This document shows, in pieces, positions 11,283 through 22,860 of a stretch of 51,363 nucleotides of DNA. The notes beneath the pieces are model-generated. The model made no database searches, was not told the origin of the DNA, and was given only the letters and a program-made list of their open reading frames with translations. The stretch lies in assembly GCF_006345805.1 (NCBI RefSeq), contig NW_021834151.1, forward strand, positions 1 through 51,363, given 5' to 3'. The position numbers and the translations under genes were made by a program. Every line of letters starts with the position of its first letter. Within the stretch, counting starts at the first letter, position 1. The stretch is from Octopus sinensis. Taxonomy: Eukaryota.

Positions 11283-12125
11283 TGCAAATGCTCAGACGCA
11301 GATGCACTCTGCACCAGCAGTAGACAAAATGATACCCTTTAGTGAACATATTGACAAATGCGCAAAGCAACTGCTACCATAATTTGTAATCTTTCCGTTT
11401 TATCAATGTGCCATTGGAACACCAACACAAGTTAAATAAGGAAACTTACTACATTGAAAAATATAAGCCAAAACTTAACCATTTCTAACATTTTTAAAGA
11501 GGAAACTTCCCCCATTGAGATTACACAATATAGGTAAAGAAATTTGAGAAATTTCAAAAGAAAATAAGAAAACGGTTATTTCTCCAAAACAATGTCACTA
11601 TACGCAAAAGTTTATAACAATTTTGTAACAGAACGATTTAAATATAGTCTTTAACCATATAATACAAGCCTTCTGTAGATTTTTCGCTCATATGTTGTCT
11701 ATTGACTTCTATACATGCTAGGTGGTGAAATTTCAAAAAATATTTGCCACCCTATATATTTTACGAATATGATTTTAGCATTTCGAAGATCGGTTCGGCA
11801 TTTTTCATTTACTATCAACTGAAACTGCGCTTGCGCGGTGAATTTTGAAAACTTATAAGACATAATGATGAGACACGTATTATTTGTCTCTAAATTATAT
11901 GTTAATGTTATGGCACCGTTACTGATGAGGATTCGCCTAGCAAATTATTTTATTTGCTAAAGAAATCTGAAACCTAGGTATAACCGTAAAAAATAACAAG
12001 GTAAAAGTTTTTATTTTTTTATTCCCTTCGAATATTGCTCTTAAATGTGGTGATGGTCTTTTTGACTGTTTCTTCTAGCATGTAAAAATTACCTGTTAAA
12101 GGTAGTTTTCTCTTGTGTTTAAATG
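11283..12125 (+). mobile_element. Penelope-like element 3' end: decayed GIY-YIG C-terminus plus terminal repeat with hammerhead
   Basis: Translation with stops/frameshift: QMLRRRCTLHQQ*..PFSEHIDKCAKQLLP*FVIFPFYQ...KETYYIEKYKPKLNHF*, typical of PLE endonuclease ends; hammerhead downstream; ends at (TA)n. Confidence 0.75.
11915..11987 (+). ncRNA. Type I hammerhead ribozyme in PLE terminal repeat
   Basis: ACCGUUA-CUGAUGA(11922-11928)-GGAUU...UAGCAAAU/ATTTGCTA 8-bp hairpin...AAUCU-GAAA(11969-11972)-CCUAGG-U-A-UAACCGU; palindromic ACCUAGGU stem III; GUA cleavage after 11980. Confidence 0.85.
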
Positions 12126-12130
12126 TATAC

Positions 12131-12170
<40 letters not shown>

Positions 12171-12312
12171 GACCTCGAACCCACAAGTATAAACAAGAAA
12201 GACAGAGAAAGGCAGAAACAAGGAAAATGCCACTTATATTTGAACACTCTACAAATATTCTTTTAAAAAAACTTTTCTTTTAATTTTTCTAAATTTAATT
12301 ATTTAATTGTTA

Positions 12313-12349
12313 CAGTTGAAAAGGTCTCAAATGACGGAAACCGGTACTG
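12313..12349 (+). ncRNA. Degenerate minimal hammerhead motif
   Basis: CAG-uUGAAaA-GGUC/ucaaau/GACg-GAAA-CCGG-U-A-CUG: geometry correct, two core changes and one stem II mismatch. Confidence 0.5.
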
Positions 12350-12398
12350 AAATGTTCTTTATAAAATCATTTTAGCATTTTCTATCTTGACTTGTTTT

Positions 12399-12443
<45 letters not shown>

Positions 12444-12846
12444 CTTATGTATGCACTCGTATGGTTTTCTGTTTTAATGGCCACTAAGTATGTTAGCTGC
12501 AAAAGATAAATGAAATTTGACAAACTTTTTTCAGATATAATTTTTATCAGAATATTATTGATATAAGTAAAATAAACTAATTGAAAAAAAAATTTTTTTT
12601 CATTGCACGGAGTTCATCGTCCTCTAGTCATTTCTAAAGTTGTTTGTAAAGTAACAGAATCACAAAAATGCTGGACGTATGGAAATATTTCCCAATATAT
12701 CATTGTCAGATTTGGTGAATGGATTATAACCCGAAGCGTAACTGTCATGAATAACTTTGAAAGGGAACATTGAATTCGTGACAGCAATCTATTGCAATAT
12801 CGAAATCTCTTCTACTTTTGTGTTATGCCTGGGTCTAGTTCAACAT

Positions 12847-12849
<3 letters not shown>

Positions 12850-12899
<50 letters not shown>

Positions 12900-12900
12900 A
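12850..12900. repeat. (GA)n microsatellite
   Basis: Direct reading. Confidence 0.95.
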
Positions 12901-12974
12901 ATAGGAAGAATGTACGTATGATTGAATGACGTCTGTGTATAGGCGTGTGATTTGAGTTGGGAGTTATCATTTTT

Positions 12975-13550
12975 TATCTACTCTAGGCAGAAAGTCCAAA
13001 ACTTTTGGGGAGGAGGCCAGTTGATCAGGTCGATCCCAGTACGCGACTAGTATTTAATTTATCGACCCCGAAAGGATGAAAGGGAAATTCGACCTCGGTG
13101 GAATTTCAACTCAGAACGTAGCGGCAGACGAAATACCTATTTCTTTACTACCCACAAGGGGCTAAACACAGAGAGGACAAACAAGGACAGACAAACGGAT
13201 TCAGTCGATTATATCGACCCCAGTGCGTAACTGGTACTTATTTAATCGACCTTGAAAGGATGAAAGGCAAAGTCGACCTCGGCGGAATTTCAACTCAGAA
13301 CGTAGCGGCAGACGAAATACCTATTTCTTTACTACCCACAAGGGATAAACAAGTGGATAAACAAGGACACACAAACGGATTAAGTCGATTATATCGACCC
13401 CAGTGCGTAACTGATCCTTAATTTATCGACCACGAAAGGATGAGAGGCAAAGTCGACCTCGGCGGAATTTGAACTCAGTACGTAAAGACAGACGAAATGC
13501 TGTGAAGCATTTCGTCCGGCGTGCTAACGTTTCTGTCAGCTCGCCGCCTT
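12975..13550 (-). mobile_element. SINE family A array (head-core-tailA-core-tailA-core-tailB)
   Basis: Two GAAATACCTATTTCTT junctions (~13135, ~13318) on plus strand. Confidence 0.9.
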
Positions 13551-13684
13551 ATTGAGTTGAGCTGGTAGTTATGCAAGTAAAATAATGATATGGCGGCAGT
13601 TTATAGTAAACTGTGGGTTACTTCACCTGTCGTTGGAGCTCCGTGGCTGAGTGGTAATTTGACTTGTGGGTGCACTATGCTGAC

Positions 13685-14103
13685 GGATCATTTCGGTTTA
13701 AACGGCAGTTTTAACATAATTTCTAGGTAACTAAAAAATTTTAAACTTCGTATACTGGTAGAATGTGTTTATAAAACATCTTTTTCTCTTAGCTTTATTG
13801 AGAAAATTCTATAGTCTGTAAGATATTTGGTCTTTAATTTCTTGCATTTCGGCAATTTCAACCAATCAATGACCGTCTATTGAGGTGAAAACATTCTGTG
13901 CCGAATGGATATGTCCCTCGTTTAAGAAACAGATTGGGTTTATTTACATTTCTGAAGAAAAATAGATACCCTCCCCCCCACCCCTAACCCTAACTAACCC
14001 TAAAACAGATTTAAATGCCATAGATCGATACTAGGGTCATAATTATGTGTGAAATTTCATATGACACCGCTAGAAAAAACTGCCGTTCCAACCGAAAAGA
14101 TCC
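13685..14103. mobile_element. MITE with ~28-bp TIRs and 8-bp TSD (Merlin-like), copy 1
   Basis: TIR GGATCATTTCGGTTTAAACGGCAGTTTT / AAAACTGCCGTTCCAACCGAAAAGATCC; TSD ATGCTGAC on both sides; second copy at 24712-25135 in opposite orientation. Confidence 0.9.
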
Positions 14104-14844
14104 ATGCTGACTCATATGAATTCAGGACTAAATATACTATTTGAATAGTTCGTTGCTTTTAACAATCTCAGACTGATGTAGATCAAAGGTGACTTAGTGG
14201 GATTCGAACTCAGAACGAAAAGAGGTAGAACAAATATAGCAAGGGCGTGATTCTTCGCCGCTTTATTGATTCTGCCAGTTCAGGACCACAGGCAATACTA
14301 ACTTTAGTCTAAGAATATAGAAGAATGATGAGAATAAAAGCAAACGAGAGAGGAAAGACACGATGTCGAATAAAAATTTCTGAGAGAATAACTGGAAGTT
14401 ATAAAGTTCTAAATATACATCCAATGAAAGAAGCATTTTCGATGAAGTGTAAAGCAGGATACGTGATGGAAATAAAATATTGAGAATAGATGCAATAACA
14501 TATTTCAATACTACTAAAAAAAAAGGAAAAAAATAACAAACAAACCTCTATTGAACTGAAGTACGTTGACGAATACTGCCTTGAAGCAAAATGAAAATAA
14601 TAGGAAAGCACGCGAAAGAGTGAAAAAAAACCCCAAAAAACAGAAGCAAATCAAGGAAAAGGAAAGAGGGGAAAACCATGCATGTAAAACACTTGTTGAT
14701 AATCGATAGCATTTTGTTTGAGGAGGTTTATAATTATAGAGCACTTTGAAGAAATATGTTTCGTAGAGACTTTTGTTTTGCTAATGATTTAATCTGAGAT
14801 TAGTTGGAACATTTTACATCGTCGTAGTCATACATTTTTGTTTT

Positions 14845-14987
14845 TTGCCTGGCTGTGCGGTTAAAAGTATGCTTCCCAAATATAATGTTCCGGTTTCAGT
14901 ACCATTGCGGAGTATCTCGAACAAGTATCTTCTACTGTAGCCTCGGGCTGGCCAAAGCAATGTGAGTAGAAGGAAACTAAAAGAAGT

Positions 14988-15000
<13 letters not shown>
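14845..15000 (+). mobile_element. SINE family B head, diverged
   Basis: Similarity to other B heads. Confidence 0.65.
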
Positions 15001-15066
<66 letters not shown>

Positions 15067-15098
15067 GTTCTCCCGTGTGACCCTTCTGTCCGGCAGTT

Positions 15099-15300
15099 GC
15101 CATGATAGACCGTTAGCCACTACACACATTTTTTCTCTCCTTGTTTCTCTGTTTGCTTTTTTTTTTCTGTGTCCCTTTCTGTAGAAGTGCGTAGGCTCGA
15201 AACGTAAAAGACTTTTCTATTCCTGAGCGTTATACTAATACATCTGTTTGTTTTGTACTCCACCTGTCTTCGTCATTTGTTTTTTTCGTAAACTCTCCCT
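15099..15300 (+). mobile_element. Repeat family C, full short copy
   Basis: GCCATGATAGACCGTTAGCCACTACACAC...CGTAAACTCTCCC between (TA)n tracts; contains a CUGUAGA hammerhead-like motif at 15175-15210. Confidence 0.8.
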
Positions 15301-16689
15301 ATATATATATATATATGTCATTCAACCACGGTAGTAGTTATATATTTTCTCAGGTCCACCATTTCGTCAATCGCACCAGCTTCCAAGCTTCACCACTAAT
15401 TCAGTTCTCAACTAAAATTGCAAATTGTTAACGGTTTTAGGGAGGACATCACCTCAGTTACACTTTGGCATAAATAGTTTGAGATTTGGTTCAGTAGGAA
15501 AAAAAAGTTACACGAAAATATTTGCGACCTCAAGGGGGCAGTAAGGCACCTATTCATCTTCAATTAGCATAATTTTTAAAAGATAAAAGTATACATTTCT
15601 TAGGCTTAAAATGATAGAAAAATGCATGAGGTATTCAGAATCGTTAGTCGCATTGAACAAAAGTTAATAGAAAAAAGTAATGAAGTGAAATGTCATGAAA
15701 TTTACTGTCAGTAAGTGAGTAAGTAAGAATTAACGCCCAAAGCTATAATGTTAAGATAAGAATATATTTCTAAAATGAATGCTTTTTTTTCTTATAACGC
15801 GTCTAGTTGGCAGAAGCGTTAGCGTGTTGGGCGAAATACTTAGCGGTATTCCGTGTGTCTTATCGTTCTGAGTTCAAATTCCACCGAGGTCGATTTTACC
15901 GTTCGTACATATTTTTTAAAAATTAAGTATTTAATAAAGTTATTTTTAATATGCTGTTGAATAGGGTAAGTTTAACTTTTGCTGATAATTTTGTCTTTCA
16001 GCTTTAATTAACTTGCTTTCCACTTTTTTCGCTTTCCATTTCTTTATAATTAATTATTTAATCAGGCTTGTTCATTTATGTCTTATATGCCTTAGATATG
16101 TGTATCTAAATTTATTGGAGCAGGAATGTAGTCATTTTTGGCTGTGTCTCTATGGGAAGACCTGAAGGCATGTAGTAAGGCTGTCCAGAAAAGGCATTGG
16201 TTAAAAGTGCTTATATTCTAAATTTCCTTTTTAAATTTCAAAATTAATTAAAGGGATTTTTCATAAATCAAATTTATATTAATGAGATGTAGGTTATTTT
16301 AACTTGTGTATATCTGACATGCTTATTGTTGAATTGAATAATTATTGAATAATTATTGATACATCTAGATTAGCATTAATCAGTGCTATTATCACCAGAT
16401 CAAAATCTAGGTTACTTAAGGTGAGCCTGGTAACTGATGGTTTTGGGGTCTTGTTGTTTGTAACTTTTGGTGAGCCATGGTGCAACCAAGAAGATGGTAA
16501 AATTCACTGCCATTAATTTGGTGTGGATGGGTAATATCAAATAATTCAATCACAACATATATTTAAATTAAACATGAAAAAAATTGAAATATTATTATCA
16601 CTTACATGGAAAAATTGAAATATTACCTTTCAGTATTTTATAAGTTAAAATCTTAGATTATTAATTGACACATTATTTTCTTATTACAG

Positions 16690-16739
16690 CAATGCCTGGA
16701 GAAATCATAGATTATATGGAGAAATGTGAGCATGAAAAG
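16690..16739 (+). CDS. Candidate 50-nt exon (x-MPGEIIDYMEKCEHEK)
   Basis: TTTTCTTATTACAG acceptor, AAG|GTAATA donor, only one open frame; lies in non-repetitive AT-rich DNA. No homology recognised. Confidence 0.3.
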
Positions 16740-17351
16740 GTAATATTCCCAAGATTATAAACCCGGAAAAGTACAGGACAAGTTATTTCACCTGGAAAAG
16801 TATAGGACTTCTAGTAAAGTAAGGAATAAGAAACTTTTTATTTAAAATATTGTAGCTAAAATTAAAATTTGAATATTAAAAAATTATTTTATTATAGTTT
16901 ACAAATAACACTTATTTAAGTAGAATTTGGCTAATTTACTACTTTAAATACAGAAAAAGCGACTAATTAGTCAAACTTAAAAATTTGTTGAACAGCTTTG
17001 TACAATAAATTTAAAAGATGCGAACTGTAAAGAATGATAAATTTGAAGAACTGGCATTCTTTGCTGAAGTCCGGTGATTGAAATAAAGAGAGAAACGGTG
17101 TAACGAATATGAGTCAATAGATAAAATATCATTATTAATTGCCTATGGTTCATGAGTTCCAACCCATTGCAAGTGATTCCGTTACAACTGACAAAACACC
17201 TTAAAGTAATACCTCTACCTTCTGGTTCTAACTTCCACAAACAGTTTCGACTTTACATTTCCATTTTACTTGAGATAATAAAACGAACAACAGTCTTAAC
17301 ACTTAGATATATTTACACAATGTTTCCTTCTCCCATAGTTTCCGGCCTTAT

Positions 17352-17379
17352 CTATATCTGATTGATGCGGTCATTCGGC
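17352..17379 (-). CDS. Candidate terminal exon (R-PNDRINQI*) following 17758-17895
   Basis: TTATTTGTAACAG acceptor; phase matches the upstream candidate exon. Confidence 0.2.
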
Positions 17380-17757
17380 CTGTTACAAATAACAGTAAAA
17401 TCTTTCTCAGCTAAAGCATGATGGAACAACAAAAACTGTAAGTTTTACGCCCATACAGTCTCAAGATAAGTGTTTTCATTAGCTGTGCAAGAGGTGTACG
17501 TGTTTGTTTTGTACAACCTGTACGTTCGCTGCTTTGCTTATTTAGTACATTATTGCGATATGCTGCAAAGAGATTGGGGAGGTAGATGCACTAGCATAGC
17601 GAAGGAAGGGTGCCAAGTGTATTGTTTGTACATCATAACTGTTGTTTCCTATTGATGATAAAATCCGGTAGCATTTGATGATTTTCATCACCATGTTGCT
17701 GCATCTCATTACTTCCATGTTTTGTCATTTGTGTATGAATGAGACGATTTGGCGTAC

Positions 17758-17895
17758 CTGTTTGGGCGCTGAAGATTTGGCACGGCTGACAAGACATTCA
17801 GCCGCCGTTCAAGAATTTGGACCTGGAGATCTCCGTTTCCAGCGACTTCGAGAGCCGCCTCCCAGTGGTGTCGGGCGTCAACGAAGAACCCTCGA
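17758..17895 (-). CDS. Candidate 138-nt phase 2-2 coding exon (RGFFVDARHHWEAALEVAGNGDLQVQILERRLNVLSAVPNLQRPN), TPR-helix-like pattern
   Basis: GC/CpG-rich island in AT-rich DNA; TTGTTGTAG acceptor, AG|GTACGC donor, length divisible by 3, G-rich first codon positions. Confidence 0.4.
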
Positions 17896-18147
17896 CTACA
17901 ACAAGACGACCACAGTTTTTTTCTTTTTTCCAAGGTCTGGGGTCTCCCGCCCCTAAGTCATAGACCATCATCTAATCACTCTTACCCGTCTTGTTGCTTA
18001 ATAACAACAATAACAACAAAATACATTCAGCCTAATTTGGCGACAATATGTTTTCGCACTTAAGGCACATATGCACGCACGCGTGCGCAATAATTCAAAA
18101 TAGATAGATAAAAAGGTAGAGGTAGATACATAGATAGATAGATAGAT

Positions 18148-18199
<52 letters not shown>

Positions 18200-18369
18200 G
18201 GTGGGAGATAAAGGGAGAGAGAAAGGGAGAATGAGAAAGCGAAGGAAGAAGAGGTAGAAATAAGTGGAAATAAGTCAAATAAGTAGAATCAGGGATGCTG
18301 AATGGGAGGCACCGCCAAAACAGTACCATATCTCATATCCCATATATGCACACTGTATAAACACACACA

Positions 18370-18452
<83 letters not shown>

Positions 18453-18484
18453 TCCCATACACATCTATACAAACGTGGTGGTGT

Positions 18485-19360
18485 GGAGGCGCAGGCCTGG
18501 CTATGTGGTCAGAAGTTTCCTTTCCAACAACATGGTTCGGGGTTCAGTCTCACAGCATGACACCTTGAGCGAATGTCTTCTGATCCAGCCCCAGGGCGAC
18601 CAAAGACGAAGGAGCAGGATGGAAACTGAAAGAAAGTCGACTGAAAAGTCCAAAGACTGACCAAGATACTCTCATGGAATGTGACCAACCAATGCCTTTT
18701 CAGTGAATTTAGTTGAAGGAAACTGTACGGTAGCTTTTCTGATATATACAGATCTCTCTCTCTATATGTATGTATGCGCGCATGTATATATGCATGTGCG
18801 CATGTATGTAAGTGAGTATGTGCGCATACACGTATGTATGTGTATATGTATGTGCGCATGCATATGTGCGCATATATGTATGTCTGTGCGTATGTATATA
18901 TGTATGTATGTGCGCATACACGTATGTGTGTATGTGCGCATGTATGTGTGTGTGTGCGTGTGTATATATGTATGTGCGTATACACATATGTATGTATGTA
19001 TATATGGATGGATGGATCGATGGATGGATGTGCGCATGTATGTATGTGCGTATGTATGTATGTCTGTGCGTGTGTATATATGTTTGTGCGCATACACGTA
19101 TGTCTGTATGCATGTGCATCTTTAAGTCTGTTAGTCCCCACACAAAAGGAAAGCACGGCCTATTGTTGCTTTGTCTACGTTCCTGTAACCTAGCGATTCG
19201 GCAAAAGAAACCAATAGAATATATACCAATCTAAAAGAAAAAGTAAAATGAACACAACAGAAGTATTGCGGTCAATTCGTTCGACCAAAACCCTTCAAGG
19301 CGGTGCCCTACTTTTCGTGCAACCCAGCCACTGAAGCAAATGACAGACAGAAGAAAACAT
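18485..19360 (+). mobile_element. Diverged SINE family B with expanded internal compound microsatellite (~18750-19115)
   Basis: Head ~18485-18660 and tail ~19150-19360 flank (TG/TA/GCGCATACAC) repeats; explains several spurious ORFs. Confidence 0.7.
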
Positions 19361-20437
19361 AGTAAAGAAATATCTGAGGAAAATTTCGGTGTGATTTCTA
19401 GCAAGACGATCGACCTGTAACGCTGGCTCAGATAATCTTTATCCGTACTTCATAGTCATTGACACTCAGCTGGATCTATCGGAAGTCGACTGTTACTGAT
19501 TTCTTATAATTTTTAAAGCTGTCTTAGGTTGTTGTTTTTTTCCTTCGTTTTCTTGCCCTTTATTATATTGGCCTATTCTCTCCATTGTTCGCTCCTTCGT
19601 ATCAAATACCATAACCTGAAATCTTTATAGCGTTATTTTCAATGGTTATCAATTCATTTTATGTTTTTACAATTTTGTTATTCTTTTGTGACAACCGGTT
19701 TTCACTTTTCGATATCGTTATTGTGGTGCAAACGCCGTTGCTTAAGGGGCTGGTGTTACTGTTGATGGTTCAGCTGATGTTTCTATTGTCTCGTAGTGAT
19801 GTCGCTGCTGGTGGCGCTACAACCAAAGGTAAAGGTATTTTACTTGATATTGATAAAAAAAATGCCTTATTTTCTTTCTTTTATTTACATCATACTCCAC
19901 TCCACTCAATTACATTCTCACTCTCATTCTTTCGTTTTATCTTGGACTCTTCAGCACTTTTATAGGCGATAGCCGGAGTTTATGAGAATGACAGAAAGCA
20001 GTAGATATTCCATGAAAGCTGGCTGTTCTTGCTTACTCTGTCCTTCATTTATTTTTTTAGTCTTTCATATTCCTTTCTCTTTATTTTTTCCTCATTTTTT
20101 CCCGGTCCTATTGATTTACAGTATTTCCATTAAACAGGCAAGATGTACAGATAATAGATATCAACGATATCCTTTTCTGCTTACAACGTTGATGATAGTT
20201 TTTTTTTTGTAGGATTTTGATAATAGTTTTTTTGCAGCATTTTCTTAAACCTACTGGTTATTTTAATATTGATGTGACATTCGCGAGGAATGCTATAGAG
20301 TTTTGGTTTATCGTCTCCCAATTCCTCAACTAGAAAGCTTTTAAGGTAGTAACAACGAACTATTTCGCATGCCTACTTTTCTGCATGAAAATATAGATAA
20401 TCAGAGCCAGCGTTCTAAATATACTTAACATATCAGC

Positions 20438-20599
20438 GTAGGCATGGTTGCGTGGTTAAGAAGCTTGATTTTTCAACCATTGGTTCTGGGTTCAGTCTCA
20501 CTGCGCGATACATTGAACAAGTGTTTTCTATTATAGCCCCAGACCGAAAAATACCTTTGTGAGTGAATTTGGTTGAAGGAAACTGTGAGAAAACTTGTC

Positions 20600-20600
<1 letters not shown>
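20438..20600 (+). mobile_element. SINE family B head
   Basis: GGCATGGTTGCGTGGTTAAG...GGGTTCAGTCTCACTGCG. Confidence 0.7.
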
Positions 20601-20645
<45 letters not shown>

Positions 20646-20917
20646 GGTATACATTACAAAGACAATACAAATCGGGGTAATACAAATATAAAAGAAATCA
20701 AGCAAGGAAGAAAAAATAAAAAGAAACGAATGAAATTATGAAAATGACAAAAATGAGGCGCAATGCCCATTCGATCCCCGAAGTCGAGTGTTACATTTAG
20801 ACATTATTTGGGACAGTTTTTCTGCTTATAAAACTTTTTTTTTAAAACAAACGGTTCACATACATTATTTACATTATTTATATTTGACGGATATTTGTCC
20901 TTATCTTGTTTGTTGTT

Positions 20918-20963
20918 AACACAACGTTTCAGCTGATATACCCTCCAGCCTTCATCAAGTGTC
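20918..20963 (-). ncRNA. Minimal hammerhead motif (slightly decayed)
   Basis: GACAC-uUGAUGA-a-GGCUG/loop/CAGCu-GAAA-CG-U-U-GUGUU. Confidence 0.65.
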
Positions 20964-21013
20964 TTGGGGAAATTTCAAACCTGGGTTCTCATTCCTAAGG
21001 TATTTTTCAATGC

Positions 21014-21066
<53 letters not shown>

Positions 21067-21148
21067 TATTATTATTATTATTATTATGCGGCAGTGGTTA
21101 AGAGCGCGGGTTACTAACCCCAAGATTCCGAGTTCGAAACTTCCCCAA

Positions 21149-21194
21149 GACACCCGATGAAGGGTGGAGGGTATATCAGCCGAAACGTTGTGCT
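21149..21194 (+). ncRNA. Minimal hammerhead motif (slightly decayed)
   Basis: GACAC-CcGAUGA-a-GGgUG/loop/CAGCC-GAAA-CG-U-U-GUGcU; its mutations differ from the sister copy, so the consensus core is intact. Confidence 0.65.
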
Positions 21195-21329
21195 TACAAC
21201 AAATAAGATGAGGACAAATATCAGTCAAATGTAAATAACGTAAATAATGTACATAATTCCACATCTCTTAAATATAGAACTGTTTGATGAAAAAGTTCAC
21301 ATCATCATTTTATATATTGTTCATATCAT

Positions 21330-22860
21330 ATATTATATTTTTTCTAAAATTTTTTTAACCTTTCATATTCCACCACGGGCAGCAGGGTATCGTACAACAC
21401 CGGCTCGTCAATCAGTCACCAATTTTCCATGTGAATCCATGAATATTTCGCATCTTTCTTCATTCAATAGAACACACCTTTCATTCTCCTTGAATTTATC
21501 CCTGGACAGCTTTACCCTTACTAATCCCTTCCTCTCGGATATTCTCCTTTCTACCCCTACACTCTTTACGAAGTAGACTAAGAATGCCTTAAGTTTGAAT
21601 TCTCTCTCTCTCTTGGTTCCGTCTCTACTGCATGCGTATGCTCGAGTTTAGGCGCTCCCCAGCCCTCTTGGTCATCCCCTCCGCCTCTGCCTCCGGTCCT
21701 CACGAGTGCTCTCCCGATCCCGCCTCCTTCTCCCTTTTGGGGCCAACAAACCCGTCGCTCCCTTCCCTCACCACCCTCGCTCCACCTTCCTTCGTTTTCG
21801 CCTCTTCTTCTGCATCACTGACGCACCCAACATCGCCCCTGCCATCTCCATCCTTCTCTGCTTCGATCTGTACTCCAATCGCCACCTCCCGGTCCTCTTC
21901 CACAGACTTCTTACACCAAGGATGCTCGTGCCCGGGGCACCACGTCCTCATATAACCTCTCACCCCACATTCGCAACAATTGCGTCGGCGACCCTCAGCA
22001 ACCACTCTGAGGAAACCCTTCCCCGCAATCTCCACCTGGTAGGGGACTCTTTCCATGTCACCGAGAGTAGAAAAAAGCCACATCTTGACACCGCATCCTT
22101 ATCAGTTCAACATGCTCGCTCCTCCCACCGGTCCCAATTCGGGACCCTCCCCACTGGCAGTCAGAACAGCTGCCACCAACCATTCTGTCTCTACTTCTGG
22201 CGGCGCCCCTCCCATTCGAATCCGAACACCGCGTCCGCCCCTACACGTGAGTAGCAACACCCTCCTGTTGGGGCACAGAACAGCGGTGGAATGGGAGGTC
22301 CCCCGGTGGCAAACCTCACCTCCACAATGCCGTACTTTCCTCCTCTGCTCACAAATGTCACCCCCTTATCAGAGTCCCAATCACTCCTTCACGCCGTCCT
22401 CCGACAAGATTTCCATCCTGCTGGTGGCAACCGCCCGCGTTCGGCACGGCACCATTCCACCGCTGGCTGCCTCCTCCGGAGGGACCAGCTCTATTGCGCC
22501 CCCTCTCCCTGCACAAACCGCTCGCCTAGCACTATCTTCCATCTTTCTCTTCCATCTTCATCCCTAACTGCTCCGCCTCTAACGGTGCAGCCGCCCCCAC
22601 TGGAGCGATTCCCATGCAGCCTCTGTAATAAAAGCCAACATTTCCTCCCCAAGAATGGGAAGAAAAACAGCAAAAAAAAAGAACAATTACGCCCGAGTTG
22701 CTTCAACAATAACTTTTCAACAGTAATAAAAGCAACTTCAACAACGGACAGTCTCAAAGAGAAAACCCTCAACAATCAAACCGTAGTCAAAAATGATAAG
22801 ACTCAAACAAACAAGTTGCTACTCTGTGACACCAACCTCGTCTCAACGATTAGCCAGAGA
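21330..22860 (-). mobile_element. Decayed non-LTR retrotransposon 5' region/ORF1 (gag-like, Tx1/L1 type)
   Basis: GC-rich; frameshifted minus-strand peptides TFVSRGGKYGIVEVRF, PPEVETEWLVAAVL and zinc-knuckle relic CCECGVRGYMRTWC (CX2CX4[H>Y]X4C). Confidence 0.65.

Larger units (their letters stand above)
20865..21290. mobile_element. Two inverted copies of a PLE-terminal repeat around (ATT)n and a tRNA-like SINE head
   Basis: ~20865-21010 and ~21135-21290 are reverse complements; each carries a hammerhead motif. Confidence 0.8.

Noticed and set aside
13975-14005. Interstitial telomere
   Set aside because: Only two or three TTAGGG units, internal to a MITE present twice.
19380-20400. Possible gypsy gag relic (ELGDDKP) or terminal exon (HYETIETSAEPSTVTPAP*) on minus
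   Set aside because: Single short motif, many stops, no LTR or pol; too weak to call.
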